Shown: positions 29,332 to 40,830, counted from the stretch's first letter. The stretch is 64,000 nucleotides of DNA from Methanotrichaceae archaeon (GCA_963803145.1 CAWDLW010000015.1:361733-425732); one strand, 5' to 3'. The notes: a model not told the origin generated them from the letters alone. Translations and numbers: made by a program.

Positions 29332-29548
29332 ATGAACTGGCATGACCGCATTATTGCCGACCCAAAAGTTCTGGCCGGAAAACCTGTTATCAAGGGCACC
29401 CGACTAGCGGTTGAGTTCATCCTCGACCTACTTGCAGGAGGATAGTCGGACACTAAGCTCTTGCAGAACTACCCAAGATTGACTCATGAAGATATTCAGG
29501 CATGCTTAAGTTACGCCGGCGCCCTGATAAAATCTTAAAAGGTCTTCC
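29332..29548 (+). pseudogene. DUF433 antitoxin pseudogene (two stops), followed by a few codons of a DUF5615-like toxin start
   Basis: MNWHDRIIADPKVLAGKPVIKGTRLAVEFILDLLAGG*; paralog of 30975-31193; followed by atgctgctgctggcggat. Confidence 0.85.
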
Positions 29549-29742
29549 CGATCAAGATTTTACGGGAAGAACTCTGATGCTGCTGCTGGCGGATGTAACT
29601 TGCCTTTAAAAAGCAAATCATCCACGACTCTGTCAAAACTTATATAAAATATCCTAACTATTCATTTATCTGAGATTCAATTGCTCAAGCCCTATTATGC
29701 AATATTGATATCCTAAGAGACCAATAATAATCTCAGATATTC

Positions 29743-30471
29743 ATGGCTGTATTTCTTCTCGTCCACGGCGCAATGCACGGAGGCTGGTGCTGGCGCAAGC
29801 TAGTTCGCGTTCTCCAAAAAGAGGGGCATGAGGTCTTCACACCTACTTTGACGGGCATGGGAGAGCGATCGCACCTGCTCACCAGAGAGACGGGGCTGTA
29901 CACTCATGTCGATGATCTGCTGGGAGTATTGAAGTTCGAGGATCTTTCTGATGTGATTGTTGTGGGCCACAGCTACGCGGGCCTGGTTATCACACAGCTG
30001 GCTGAGGCGGCATTTGAACGAATGCAGCACTTGATCTATCTTGCAGCTTTTGTGGCCCGGGACGGTCAGTCGCTTTTCGATGTACAGACAAAAGCAACTC
30101 AGAAGTTTTATCTGGACTGGTCGAAACGGATGGGTGAGGGCTGGCGGCTCCCGCCTTCTGAGGCCTTTCTGGCCCGCTGGGGCGTGACCAACCCTGAGGA
30201 CTTGGCCTGGGTGGCCCCGCGTCTGACCGATTTCCCCATGAAGTGCCTCTTTGATAAGCTGGACCTAAAAAGGCACGCATCAGACCGACTACCAAAGACA
30301 TACATCCATTGCACGCAAGAGCCCATGGCATCAGCGCTGAAGCCTTTTGCCGAAAATGCCAAAGCAAATGGCTGGGGATACGCTGAGATAGACTCCGGAC
30401 ATGATGTGATGGTCACAGAGCCCGAAAAGCTGGCGGAGCTTCTGTTGACAAAGGTTTTATCAGAAAAGTGA
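29743..30471 (+). CDS. Alpha/beta hydrolase (methylesterase-like)
   Basis: LVHGAMHGGWCW, GHSYAG nucleophile elbow, SGHD. Confidence 0.93.
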   Translation: MAVFLLVHGAMHGGWCWRKLVRVLQKEGHEVFTPTLTGMGERSHLLTRETGLYTHVDDLLGVLKFEDLSDVIVVGHSYAGLVITQLAEAAFERMQHLIYLAAFVARDGQSLFDVQTKATQKFYLDWSKRMGEGWRLPPSEAFLARWGVTNPEDLAWVAPRLTDFPMKCLFDKLDLKRHASDRLPKTYIHCTQEPMASALKPFAENAKANGWGYAEIDSGHDVMVTEPEKLAELLLTKVLSEK

Positions 30472-30529
30472 GGCCCGTTTCAGACGTCTGAGTTCCATAT
30501 CAATTCGAAATCGATCTCGGAAACAGATT

Positions 30530-30614
30530 TATGCAGACTGGCCTTCTCAAATTAGCGATAAGAAAGGCAGGGCTCGATGATGACGAGTTCTTGAAGCTAT
30601 TAAAGGGTGATTGA
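30530..30614 (+). pseudogene. C-terminal remnant of HicA toxin
   Basis: TGLLKLAIRKAGLDDDEFLKLLKGD* overlapping the hicB start; N-terminus missing. Confidence 0.6.
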
Positions 30615-30841
30615 TTGTGGATTATACGATTCTGATACATCAGGCGGAGGAAGGCGGCTTTTGGTCCGAGGTTCCGGCTCTTCCGGGCTGTTACTCTCAG
30701 GGTGAGACCATTGATGAGACACTGCGAAACACCAAAGAGGCTATAGAGGCATATCTGCAGGTTTTGAGAGAGGATCAGGTTTCAGCTCCTGTCGAGGAGA
30801 GCCTTTTCATAGGTAGGGTCAGAGTGGGAGCTCTTGAATGA
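30611..30841 (+). CDS. hicB: HicB family antitoxin
   Basis: EEGGFWSEVPALPGCYSQGETIDE. Confidence 0.9.
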   Translation: MIVDYTILIHQAEEGGFWSEVPALPGCYSQGETIDETLRNTKEAIEAYLQVLREDQVSAPVEESLFIGRVRVGALE

Positions 30842-30974
30842 TGATTTCCTTGGAATCTTGTCATTGTACCTGTGGATAGATCAAGCCACGGACGGTGAAG
30901 CTTTCCCGGCATACATCATCCTTTTGGCGCCTTCAGCACATGCATCTTAAAACATAAAGCGTTATGGTATTGTT

Positions 30975-31193
30975 ATGAACTGGCAAGAACGTATTATTGC
31001 TGACCCAAAGGTTCTGGCTGGAAAACCTGTTATCGATGGCACCCGCCTGGCGGTTGAGTTCATCCTTGATCTACTGGCTGGAGGATGGTCGGAAGCCGAG
31101 ATCTTGCAAAATTACCCCAGATTGACTCCTGAAGACCTCCGGGCATGCTTAAGTTACGCCAGTTCCCTGATAAAATCTGAAAAGGTCTTCTAG
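30975..31193 (+). CDS. DUF433 family antitoxin (orphan)
   Basis: DPKVLAGKPVIDGTRLAVEFIL...YPRLTPEDLRACL. Confidence 0.9.
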   Translation: MNWQERIIADPKVLAGKPVIDGTRLAVEFILDLLAGGWSEAEILQNYPRLTPEDLRACLSYASSLIKSEKVF

Positions 31194-31444
31194 CTTCAAG
31201 TGGTATTGTTCTCTTTCGCATTCTTTTATTATCGGTTGATTATGTTACTGGCATTATTATTGAAGTTATAGACTCCAGATCTGATTGGGCAGGTCATTTT
31301 TCAGTTGTGGAATCGGGGGAGATTCGCACGAGGAAATTTTAGGGACTGGATCGTTTATGATGCCCTCATTTGAATTGAAAATAATTACGGCTGAGGTATG
31401 CTGGGCATATACAGGGGTAATATTTTTATAGTGTAAAACCGCTT

Positions 31445-32785
31445 ATGACGCTGAGGGGAATAATGGCTAAAAAGTCAGGTAGGTATTTAAGCGTATTAAT
31501 GCTTCTCTGCATCTTTTGTATTGGTACAGCTGTTGCACAAAATGACGTTTACTGGGCGACGTGGGTAACAAATACAACGACAAATTCTGCCACCATCAAC
31601 TGGCATGGAGCCGCCGATGAAAAGGGCTCAATAGAATACGCCACGTCGAGCTATTATGATCAACACCATAAGTTTGACAAAACAATAGAATATCCTAAAG
31701 TGGCAGCCCAGTATCGACATGTACAGCTTACCGGCCTTGAACCGAATACATCGTACACCTACTGGGTAAGACCTTCTGGCGATGCGTCAGCGTTTGGCAA
31801 CCGCACATTCCGTACATTCCCGATTAGTGGGCCATTCACATTTATTGTAGTCGGCGACACAAGGGAAGGCATTAATTATACTGAAGCAAAACGGTTCAAG
31901 TACGTAGCAGATGCAGTCGCGAATGAATCAGATGCGCTTTTTGTCATCCATGTCGGAGATTTTGCTAGGTTTGATTATACACCTCGGTGGGCTACATTTT
32001 TCCAGTGTGCTGACAGGATGCTCTCGAAGTCCACATTTTTCCCGGTCATAGGGAACCATGAATATCATAATCGCAGCAATGAAAATCTTGATGAAGAGCA
32101 CTATATAGTTTGTCCTGAACATTGTATCCATTGCAATAACTGCGCCCCAGCTACCGATGCCGTTAATTACAAGTCGGCGTTTGATATACCATTGAACTAT
32201 TCTTTTGACTGTGCGGGTGTCAGATTTATCGTCTTGAACTCGCCGGATCCGATTTCCAATTGTTGCGATGATCCGCAGACCTCCCTGGCCCTTGCAGAGA
32301 GTCAGGCGCCCTGGCTTCAACAGCAACTGGACAATAACATGGTGGGGACATTTACCCTACATCACCATCCGATCTGGGATGCTGGAAGAACCACAATGAA
32401 CTTGGATCTAAAGCCATGGGAAAACCTGTACCATCCCTACAATATTAGCGCAAATTTCGCAGGTCATACCCACAATTACCAGAGATATAATATAAGCGGG
32501 ATACCATATTTCATAGTCGGCAATGGGGGGGCTCCGAATGATGATGTCAACAACTCTACCAAATATCCGATTGGGTTAAAGTCGGTTTTACCAATGCAAC
32601 TTGGGTATATTAAGGTCGCTGTAGATCCGGCAAATAATACGGCTACAGCATGGGAGATTACCGTCGGCAAGCTTATGTGGTGGGAAGATAACGAGACACC
32701 TCAGTTATATAATCCACCAGTCATTAATGACACAATCACATTCCCGCTTCATCATGATACATGCTCGGACATCGCCGGTCATTAA
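31445..32785 (+). CDS. Secreted purple-acid-phosphatase-like metallophosphoesterase with FN3-like domain
   Basis: Signal peptide, LTGLEPNTSY, GDTR, HVGD, GNHE, HHP, GHTHNY. Confidence 0.9.
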   Translation: MTLRGIMAKKSGRYLSVLMLLCIFCIGTAVAQNDVYWATWVTNTTTNSATINWHGAADEKGSIEYATSSYYDQHHKFDKTIEYPKVAAQYRHVQLTGLEPNTSYTYWVRPSGDASAFGNRTFRTFPISGPFTFIVVGDTREGINYTEAKRFKYVADAVANESDALFVIHVGDFARFDYTPRWATFFQCADRMLSKSTFFPVIGNHEYHNRSNENLDEEHYIVCPEHCIHCNNCAPATDAVNYKSAFDIPLNYSFDCAGVRFIVLNSPDPISNCCDDPQTSLALAESQAPWLQQQLDNNMVGTFTLHHHPIWDAGRTTMNLDLKPWENLYHPYNISANFAGHTHNYQRYNISGIPYFIVGNGGAPNDDVNNSTKYPIGLKSVLPMQLGYIKVAVDPANNTATAWEITVGKLMWWEDNETPQLYNPPVINDTITFPLHHDTCSDIAGH

Positions 32786-33120
32786 TGACACGATCACATT
32801 CCCGCTTAAGGTCAATGGAATCTATGCTTCCGCCACCAATCGCAATGCCAGCAAATTAGTAAACAAAGAGCAAATAGGGATAGGCGGCAAGCATGCGCAG
32901 GCGTACGGATCTGGGTCGGCGATGAACAAGATCACTACAGAAACCTCTCAGGTACATTGAGCACAATAATGCCCTAAATGGGCGATCTTTTATCTTTTTA
33001 TTTCTCAACTCAAGTGCCAATTCTGCAGTGGGAGCTAAGCACATACTATAATGAAAATACTTATATTTTCCAAACCCGCATTCATCAACAAGTTATTTAA
33101 AAACGATTTGAAACCAAGAG

Positions 33121-34944
33121 ATGCCAATGCAAAAGATCAAACTATTAGATGAGGACACCATAAACAAGATAGCAGCAGGCGAGGTAATCGAGCGGCCAGC
33201 CTCAGTCGTGAAGGAGCTTGTCGAAAACTCCATAGATGCGGGAGCCACCAGGATTTTGATAGAAGTGGAGGATGGCGGCAAGAGCCTTGTAAAGGTAACC
33301 GATGACGGCTGCGGCATCGATCGTGAAGACCTGTCCCTGGCCTTCCAGAAACATGCCACCTCCAAGATCTCTGGAGCCGAAGACCTTGGGAACATCTCGA
33401 CCTTGGGATTCCGGGGTGAAGCATTGGCCAGCATCGCCAGTGTGGCCAGATCAGTCGAAGTCTATACCAAAACCAGATCCGCCCTGACTGGAACCTCTCT
33501 ATTGATAGAGAATGGCAAAACAACTCAAGTCAAGGAGATCGGCTGTCCCATTGGCACCAGCATAGCTGTCAGGAACCTATTCAGCAACGTCCCGGCCAGA
33601 CGTAAGTACCTGAAGAGCGCCAGCGACGAGCTGGCCCGCATCATCGGCCTGGTCCAGGAGCTGGCAGTGATCAACTATGGAATCTCCTTCGAGCTTTTCA
33701 CAGGGAAAAGAACCATCTTCAAATCACACAAATCATCAGGCTGGGACGATGCGCTGCTGAAGATCCTGGGTTTGGAAGTGGTCAAGGGACTCATACCCTT
33801 TGAGGCAGAGATCAAAGACTGCAAGATAACCGGCTCAGCTGGAGATCCACTGACCACCAGGAGCAGTCCGGACTGGATCTACCTGTACGTGAATAACAGA
33901 TCAGTTACCTCTAAGGCTCTGCTGTCGTCACTTCGAGAAGCTTACAGGACATTGATACCTCTGGGCAAAAATCCAATAGCCGTCATATCTCTGGAGATCA
34001 GCCCAACTCTGATAGATGTGAATGTCCACCCGGCAAAGAAGGAGATCCGGTTTCTCAAGGAAGATGAAATAGCCGCCCTGCTGACAAATGCCGTGATCAA
34101 AGCTCTTCAATCGCGGTCTGAAATAAGGCCGATCTCAGGACAGAATGGGCAAAGGCCGACGGCTGCTCTGCCTGAGAATAAGGACAGGATAATAACCCAT
34201 CCAGGTGAGCAAAAAACGCTTCCTTTGGGCCAAAGCTCTGATCGTGTCGGGGTGATGCTGGCACTGGAGAAAACCCTTCAGCCGGAACAACCAATAGAGG
34301 GTGCGGTCAGTGGTACAATCGACAGCGCCAGTGGCCAGGAAGCTAAACCTGAAAAAGAACCTGAGAAACTTCCCAGGTTGAGTATTCTGGGGCAGATCCA
34401 GAAGCTGTACATAGTGGCGGAGAGCGAGGAAGGACTGATGCTGATAGACCAGCATGCGGCCGCAGAGAGGATCAGGTTCGAGATGCTGAGTGAAAAGTAC
34501 AGGACCAAAAACATCGCCCAGGAGCTGGTGGAGCCGGTGACCATCGAGCTGACACCAAAAGAGCAGGTTCAACTGGGATCCTGGCTGGAAGTGTTGAGCG
34601 ATATAGGCTTTGATATCTCTCATTTTGGAGGAGGCACCTATAATATCAGATCTGTTCCTGCAATTGGGTCGAAGCTGGAAAGCCCTCAGGCGGTGCATGA
34701 CGTTCTGAGAGATCTGTTTTCTTCAGGCAAAATTGGACCCGATTCGACCAACCGTGAAGAAATACTGAAGCTCCTGGCCTGTCGGGGCTCAATCAAGTCA
34801 GGAAAAGAGCTGACATTGGAGGAGATGAAGGAGCTCTTGAAGAAGCTTTTTGCCTGCGAGAGCCCCAGGACCTGTCCCCATGGAAGGCCGGTAGCAGTAG
34901 TCTTGGATGAGGAGGAGCTTGAGAGGCTCTTTGGAAGGAGATAG
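33121..34944 (+). CDS. mutL: DNA mismatch repair endonuclease MutL
   Basis: IAAGEVIERPASVVKELVENSIDA, GFRGEAL, DQHAAAERIRFE, ACR, CPHGRP. Confidence 0.98.
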   Translation: MPMQKIKLLDEDTINKIAAGEVIERPASVVKELVENSIDAGATRILIEVEDGGKSLVKVTDDGCGIDREDLSLAFQKHATSKISGAEDLGNISTLGFRGEALASIASVARSVEVYTKTRSALTGTSLLIENGKTTQVKEIGCPIGTSIAVRNLFSNVPARRKYLKSASDELARIIGLVQELAVINYGISFELFTGKRTIFKSHKSSGWDDALLKILGLEVVKGLIPFEAEIKDCKITGSAGDPLTTRSSPDWIYLYVNNRSVTSKALLSSLREAYRTLIPLGKNPIAVISLEISPTLIDVNVHPAKKEIRFLKEDEIAALLTNAVIKALQSRSEIRPISGQNGQRPTAALPENKDRIITHPGEQKTLPLGQSSDRVGVMLALEKTLQPEQPIEGAVSGTIDSASGQEAKPEKEPEKLPRLSILGQIQKLYIVAESEEGLMLIDQHAAAERIRFEMLSEKYRTKNIAQELVEPVTIELTPKEQVQLGSWLEVLSDIGFDISHFGGGTYNIRSVPAIGSKLESPQAVHDVLRDLFSSGKIGPDSTNREEILKLLACRGSIKSGKELTLEEMKELLKKLFACESPRTCPHGRPVAVVLDEEELERLFGRR

Positions 34945-35128
34945 CTTGTTTGAACTTTCGTGTCCCTTGTGATCTGTGCGGTTGAACCTCCGATGATGTT
35001 ATTTTTTCAAGCTGTTATCCGCAGGCGGAATCCGTAAATGGCAGCATAGTTAAGCAATTGATCGTTAGGCAATAAAATCGTTGAGTAGTAGAGTCCTTGA
35101 ACCAATTATTAGCAGCAAATACATACAC

Positions 35129-35225
35129 TTCTAGCGCACCCGCGCGTCTGGTGATCTCGCGCGCTAATGGTTAACGGGGCGCGCTCAGACGCCGCGCGGG
35201 CTTGCCCCTGACCCCTCTTCGGAGG
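35129..35225. repeat. GC-rich structured repeat, copy 1
   Basis: About 90 bp, near-identical to 37871-37968; nested stems plus terminal cctc-TTCG-gagg hairpin. Confidence 0.85.
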
Positions 35226-35428
35226 AATGTTTCAGAAAGCGATAGGCTACAAGGTTGATGAGAACAAGATGAACGAATCCCTCTTACGTTGAAGACGAAT
35301 ACTATGATTCTTTCGATGGTTGGTTTTTGATGATATCCTATGGAAGAACCTATAAGCTAAGCATCTCCATTACCACCAGATGCTATTAAGTCATATCGCT
35401 TGGATTTCAATTCATTTCTATCTAAATT

Positions 35429-36826
35429 CTGTACTCTCCAACTTTTTCATAGCTTTATATTTATAGCTATATTTTCTTTTACCATTAAAATTAATTCTTG
35501 ATACAAAATAGATTTATTTATAAAAGTATTTTACTATGTCATGATCAAATTAGTTAAGATTCCATTACAGTTAGAGCCATTTCTAAAAGAATTTAAAGAT
35601 TTATTCACCATACCGAGCTATAATTCTTTCTGTGATATGATTTCAGCACTGAGCGTATGTGATAAATCTAAGACCATCGCACACCTTAGTGATGCTATGG
35701 CAAAGGATCGAGAATGTACGAAATCACGCTCTTCCTATAATTGGTTCTTTAGTGATGCAATCTGGGATGAGAACGAAGTAGCTCAGCGCAGTGCGGATCT
35801 ATTTATAGAAGCTCTTCAGTTAAGTGCAAGCGACAAAATATTATTAATTATAGACGATACATATAATGAAAAGGAAGGGAAATGTACTGATGGCGTGGGC
35901 AAGTTTTACGATCATTGCAAAGATGACTATATTATGGGTAACAACTTTGTTACCTCAGTCCTCCAATCTAGAGGTATATTTATACCACATAAAGCAAAAA
36001 TGTATACTAAAGAGATAGACAGCAGTGAAGATTTCATGACTAAAATAGAAATCGCTTATAAAGATATCATCGAGCCCTTAAAAATACCAAAAGGCTTGAG
36101 TCTTTATGTTGTTTTCGACAGCTGGTGGTTTTCTGCTGATTTTATAACTAAATGCCTGAACTTAGGTCATCAAGTCGTTTGTGAAATTAAGTCTAATAAA
36201 AAGGTATGGATAAATAAGGATATGTCCTTCCAGGTCAGGGACTTGGCAAATCAGATTGACGAAATTTATTATAGAAGAACTGCAGTCCAAGTTCGCGGCA
36301 AGAAGAAGGTATATTATGCAATCGAAAAAGAAGTCATCTTAGATAAGATTGGCAAAGTAAAGCTAGTCATCTCAAAGAAAAAGAAAAATGGTGACGCCAA
36401 CTACTTTATTAGCACCAATTGTTCACTATCTTTGGTAGAAATCCTTTCTATTTATGAGGATAGGTGGGATATTGAGACTGCTCATAGAGAGTCAAATCAA
36501 AAATTGGGATTCAAGGATTATCAATTAAGAGGAAAACGATCAATTGAAAGATTTATTCAGATGGTTTTCTCAGTCTGGACAGCTATCGTTTTATATGAAC
36601 TCAAAAACCCACCAGTGGAAAGAAATCAACAAAATAGAACGATTGGAGATATGATAGATAGTATAAAGGCTCAAGCATTCATTGATGCCTTTATATATGT
36701 ATTACAATACTTTAATTTGCCAGTTCCTGATAGTGGTTTACTCTATCTAATCAAAGAACAGGGATATAAGATATGACTTGATATAGAATGGAGATTATAA
36801 ATTGGTGAGAAACTTGGAGAGTACAG
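35429..36826 (+). mobile_element. IS701-family element, 6-bp TSD TAAATT; transposase 35541-36776
   Basis: IRs CTGTACTCTCCAA/TTGGAGAGTACAG; LIIDDT, FDSWW, RWDIETAHRE. Confidence 0.92.
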
Positions 36827-36972
36827 TAAATTCTTCATTAATATACAATTATGTCCTCCCTTATTAAGCAGTAGACTTCCTGATTTATGGCTCGAACAAC
36901 CGTAATAGTCCACTTAACAAAAGGATGTACTTTTATAGGAAATAATGCAACATTAATTGAGCTGCAAATCAT

Positions 36973-37534
36973 ATGACATCCCCGAACCTAAGATCTGTAG
37001 TCAGCAACACCGGACCGCTGATCTCGGCTTTACAATCCGATTGCATGCATATCCTGCTACAGTTCTATGACCAAATCCATATCCCGGCTGAGGAGCTGCG
37101 TGAATATCAGAGGCATGGTGCGGGAATGGAGGTCCAGGCGCTTATGAATGCTGGCATCTTAGTAGTTCACAGGGATATAACCGCATTAGAGAACGAAGCC
37201 GCCAGAACCATTGCGCAAGAAATATCGTGCCACCATGCCACCAGAGATAAAGATCCATCTCACCATCTCCCTGAGTCGTTAGCTATAGTTCTGGTTCAAA
37301 GAAGCGAACTGGGTGCAGTTGAGCTGCTCATCGATGAATTGGCTGCAAGAGATGTTGCCCCGCAAGCGAGGAGTTCCCATAATAGGATTTCCCGGTATTC
37401 TGATTCGTGCCTGCAGGCAGGATATGATGGAACCGAAGGATGTTGAGAGTGCCCTGGAAGAATGCTCGAGTCAAGGAACTCACTACTCTCCCAAGCTTAT
37501 TAATGAGATATACCAGAAGCTGAAGAGGCCATAA
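36973..37534 (+). pseudogene. PIN-domain (DUF3368-like) protein with one frameshift
   Basis: VVSNTGPLI...LLIDELAARDVA continues as RKRGVPIIGFPGIL in another frame at a C4 run near 37358. Confidence 0.8.
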
Positions 37535-37536
37535 AA

Positions 37537-37803
37537 ATGAAAAAGAAATATGCTCCACATGAGTCTGAAGAAGATGTGCTATCAGCGGATGATGCTTTTT
37601 TGGATGCAGAGCAGTCCGAAGCCAGATGGCAAAGCTTTGAAAGAGATCAAAGGATGCATCGGCTATTGTTGGAACTACCTGAACCGGCCTTTTCCAAACT
37701 TGAGAAGTTAGCAATGCAACGCAGAAAGACAGTTTCAAATCTGGTAGAAGAGGTCATCACCAACCTAGTGGATACCTTTGCCCTCCCTGAAGATAAAGCC
37801 TGA
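37537..37803 (+). CDS. Small acidic protein with C-terminal ribbon-helix-helix-like segment (antitoxin candidate)
   Basis: LLLELPEPAFSKLEKLAMQRRKTVSNLVEEVI; starts 2 bp after the PIN gene. Confidence 0.65.
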   Translation: MKKKYAPHESEEDVLSADDAFLDAEQSEARWQSFERDQRMHRLLLELPEPAFSKLEKLAMQRRKTVSNLVEEVITNLVDTFALPEDKA

Positions 37804-37870
37804 GGAATGGATTGAGTCCAGTGTTTAGGAACATAAATTCCATGAACCTATTAGCAGGAAATCCATGCGT

Positions 37871-37968
37871 TTCTGGCGCTACCCGCGCGTCTGGAGATCT
37901 CGCGCGCTAGCTGTTAACGGGGCGCGCTCAGACGCCGCGCGGGCTTGCCCCTGACCCCGCAAGCGGGG
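37871..37968. repeat. GC-rich structured repeat, copy 2
   Basis: Matches 35129-35225; terminal hairpin ccccgc-aa-gcgggg. Confidence 0.85.
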
Positions 37969-38206
37969 AACAATTTAGCAAGGTATGTAATATCCGGTTG
38001 ACCTAACCATTTGCCATCGAGTCATAGTGCTGACTTATTATCCATCCTCATCCAATCGGCCGATGTTTTTCGTATAATCGATGTCCATCCCCTTTATCCC
38101 CTATGAAGGAATGCCAAAACATAGGGATATTACTGCAAACAATCTTTCCGCCTGGCCTACTATATAATCAGGATATACGCACCGGAGACACAGGTCATAC
38201 ATACTA

Positions 38207-39389
38207 GTGCAGCATAACACAAGTTTTTTATCCTAGCAAGTCCTTATGATCGCTAATCATGTCGAGGAAAACAATATTCGTCGTAAAATTGACAGATGAG
38301 GGTCGGGAATATCTGAACCAGTTTATTCGCCATGGAAAGGCATCTGTAAGAAGCGTGACTCGAGCCAGGACACTGCTCATGGCAGACGAAGGTTACTCCA
38401 ATAAAGATATCGTAAAGATTCTAAAAATAACCAGACCTACGGTTAACAGTACAAGGAAAAGGTACTGCCGGGAAGGTTTGGACTCTGCAATAAACGATAA
38501 ACCAAGAAGCGGCGCACCTCCAAAGATAGATGGAAGGATTGAGACACAAGTTACCCTTCTTGCCTGTTCGAAACCACCGGAAGGCAAATCGACCTGGACT
38601 CTGAAGCTTTTAGCCGATAGGCTCGTGGAAATGGAGGTAATAGAATCCATATCTACCATGACCGTTCAGAGGATCTTAAAAAAAGCGAGACCAAGCCTTG
38701 GCAGAAGGTTAGATGGTGTATTGGCGAGATAGCAAGCGATTACATCATGCATATGGAAGATGTGCTGGATCAATATGAGCAACCCTATGATCCTAAGCAT
38801 CCTTTAATCTGCATGGATGAGATGCCATGCCAATTGATAGACAACGTTTTAGTTCCTATTCCTCCTAAACCTGGAAAATCACAAAAAGTCGATTTTGAAT
38901 ATCGCCGTAATGGTACATGCTGTGTTTTCATCGCCTTTGATCCACATGCTCGTTGGAGAACAATATCTGTTGAAGAACACCGGACGAAAATTGATTATGC
39001 CCATTTTATGAAAGGGCTTTCCCAGAAATATCCTGAGGCAGAATACCTTAAAGTTGTCCAGGATAACCTTAACACTCACTCATCTGGTTCATTTTATGAA
39101 GCATTCTCGCCTGAGGAGGCGTTCCAGCTTGCCAAGAAGTTTGAGTTCCATTTTACTCCAAAGAAGGGTAGCTGGCTTAACATGGCTGAGATTGAGTTCT
39201 CGGCTCTTTCAAGGCAATGCTTGAACCGACGAATTGGCGATATCAAAACTTTAGCCAAGGAAGCGAAAGCTTGGGAACAGGATCGGAACAGGGCTAAAGT
39301 AGCTATTCGATGGAAGTTCACCAAAGCCAATGCAAGAGAGAAGTTCTGTAGGCATTACCTTAAGATAAAGAATTAATGTTATGATGTAC
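38207..39389 (+). mobile_element. IS630-family element (second subtype)
   Basis: IRs GTGCAGCATAACA/TGTTATGATGTAC flanked by TA; orfA 38259-38732, orfB to 39376 (CMDE, QDNLNTH, SWLNMAEIE); A7G -1 site. Confidence 0.93.
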
Positions 39390-40473
39390 TAGAGTCTGCC
39401 AAGCCTCCACCTAAATCAAAATACTTTTTAAGAACATAATCTACAGAACGGACAATAAAAGAAACTGGTGGTCCGGGTGTGTAGTATACGCCACGCCGTT
39501 CTCTCAACTCAGGATCGTATGCATTAAGGAATCCTTCATAGAAATGAACTATCGGATCTTCCTGTTTAGTCTTTTTTCCAAAATCTGCTAGAACCCTCTT
39601 GATGTCGGTGTTTGCCAAAATTTGGACCACGTAGTCAACATAATTCACATAGGGCTCCTCATCAAGAGCGGTTCCTGTTATAGTCTCAAAGAGCTGACGC
39701 AGAAATGGATTTGTTTTAGGGATTTCTCTTGCTGCACCAAGCCTTTGGAAGGACTCATGGCCTTTGTGGTTACATCGTGCCGCAAAGAGTCCATAAACAA
39801 TGGTCTGGGCATACATGTCAGCAAATTCATCAGTCTTCTCAGCCCGATCCATATCTGGAATTAAAACGCTGGCGAAAGCTTTCCGCAGATTCCAAAGCTG
39901 GCTGGTGGCCTTTTCAATACGGAATGCTTCCACAATTACATCCCTAATCGCGTGAGCTAGATACGCCAGGCGTTGGGAGAGCTCATTAGCGGAGGTGATA
40001 GGTTCTACTGGTTGATTAAGAAAATTCTCTAGAAGAGTAACAACGCTCTCTAATCCATTCTTGTCTTGAATAATCTTTCCATCTTTGTTCAGCCTGGCTA
40101 AGCATGCCGTTTCAAGAGGCGAATTCTTCGAATACCAGCGAAATTCTAAATAATCGGTAAGTATAAGGTTATCTAAATTTTTGAGATAACGTTCCAGTTG
40201 TTCTGACTCCTCTGCTTCGTCTAGAGATTTTCCGATGTCTTTAGCCTCAATGTGTCCAATAATTAGATTATCTTTCTTAATAATGAAATCCGGCGCTCCA
40301 CAACTAACTCGCTTCGGCTCATTGATGGCTATAATATCAGACCTGAGCGACTCTATTAATCCTTTTAATGCGGCTCTATATGTGTGCTCAGTGGCGCTTC
40401 CAGTCTCAAACTCTCTCTTTATTTTCGCCAGATATGATTTTGCCAATTCAATGGTTGCCTTGGAAGCTACCAA
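39390..40473 (-). pseudogene. N-terminal part of a type IIG/ISP-like restriction-modification enzyme, truncated at IS630
   Basis: ATEHTYR, GAPDF...HIEAK (PD-D/ExK), YEGFLNAYDPELRERRGVYYTP; no SAM-binding motif on the far side of the IS. Confidence 0.85.
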
Positions 40474-40689
40474 TTATCTATCCTCCAGTAGCTTCATTCA
40501 TCGCTTACACGAAAAAGCTTGCGGAGGATAAATCTCTTGTAGTAAATCATTTTGGCATGATTATCACAGACATTGACTATCTAAGCACTATCGATATGTT
40601 CCTGAGGTCATTCGCGATAACCCCACGATCAATCATATCATTTATCGCACTTTCAGGCTTGAAATCGTTGGCGGTAACTAGGCCGCAGC

Positions 40690-40830
40690 CACTGCCCTAA
40701 TCTGAGTCGTTTCACCTACATGCAGGCCAGGTCCAGTCAGCAGTAAGAGGATACACCTTTCCCTATCGCCCTTGGCGGCCTTCAATAGAGCATTGAACTC
40801 TGTGATGGTGAGTAATTTCTCAGGCTCCAT
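40690..40830 (-). pseudogene. Tyrosine recombinase (Xer-like) relic
   Basis: MEPEKLLTITEFNALLKAAKGDRERCILLLLTGPGLHVGE, a degenerate box I (TGLRVxE). Confidence 0.7.

Noticed and set aside
35129-35225. GC-rich repeat as an integron attC site, tRNA or known ribozyme
   Set aside because: No terminal RYYYAAC/GTTRRRY boxes, no cloverleaf or T-loop, no hammerhead core; kept as an unclassified repeat
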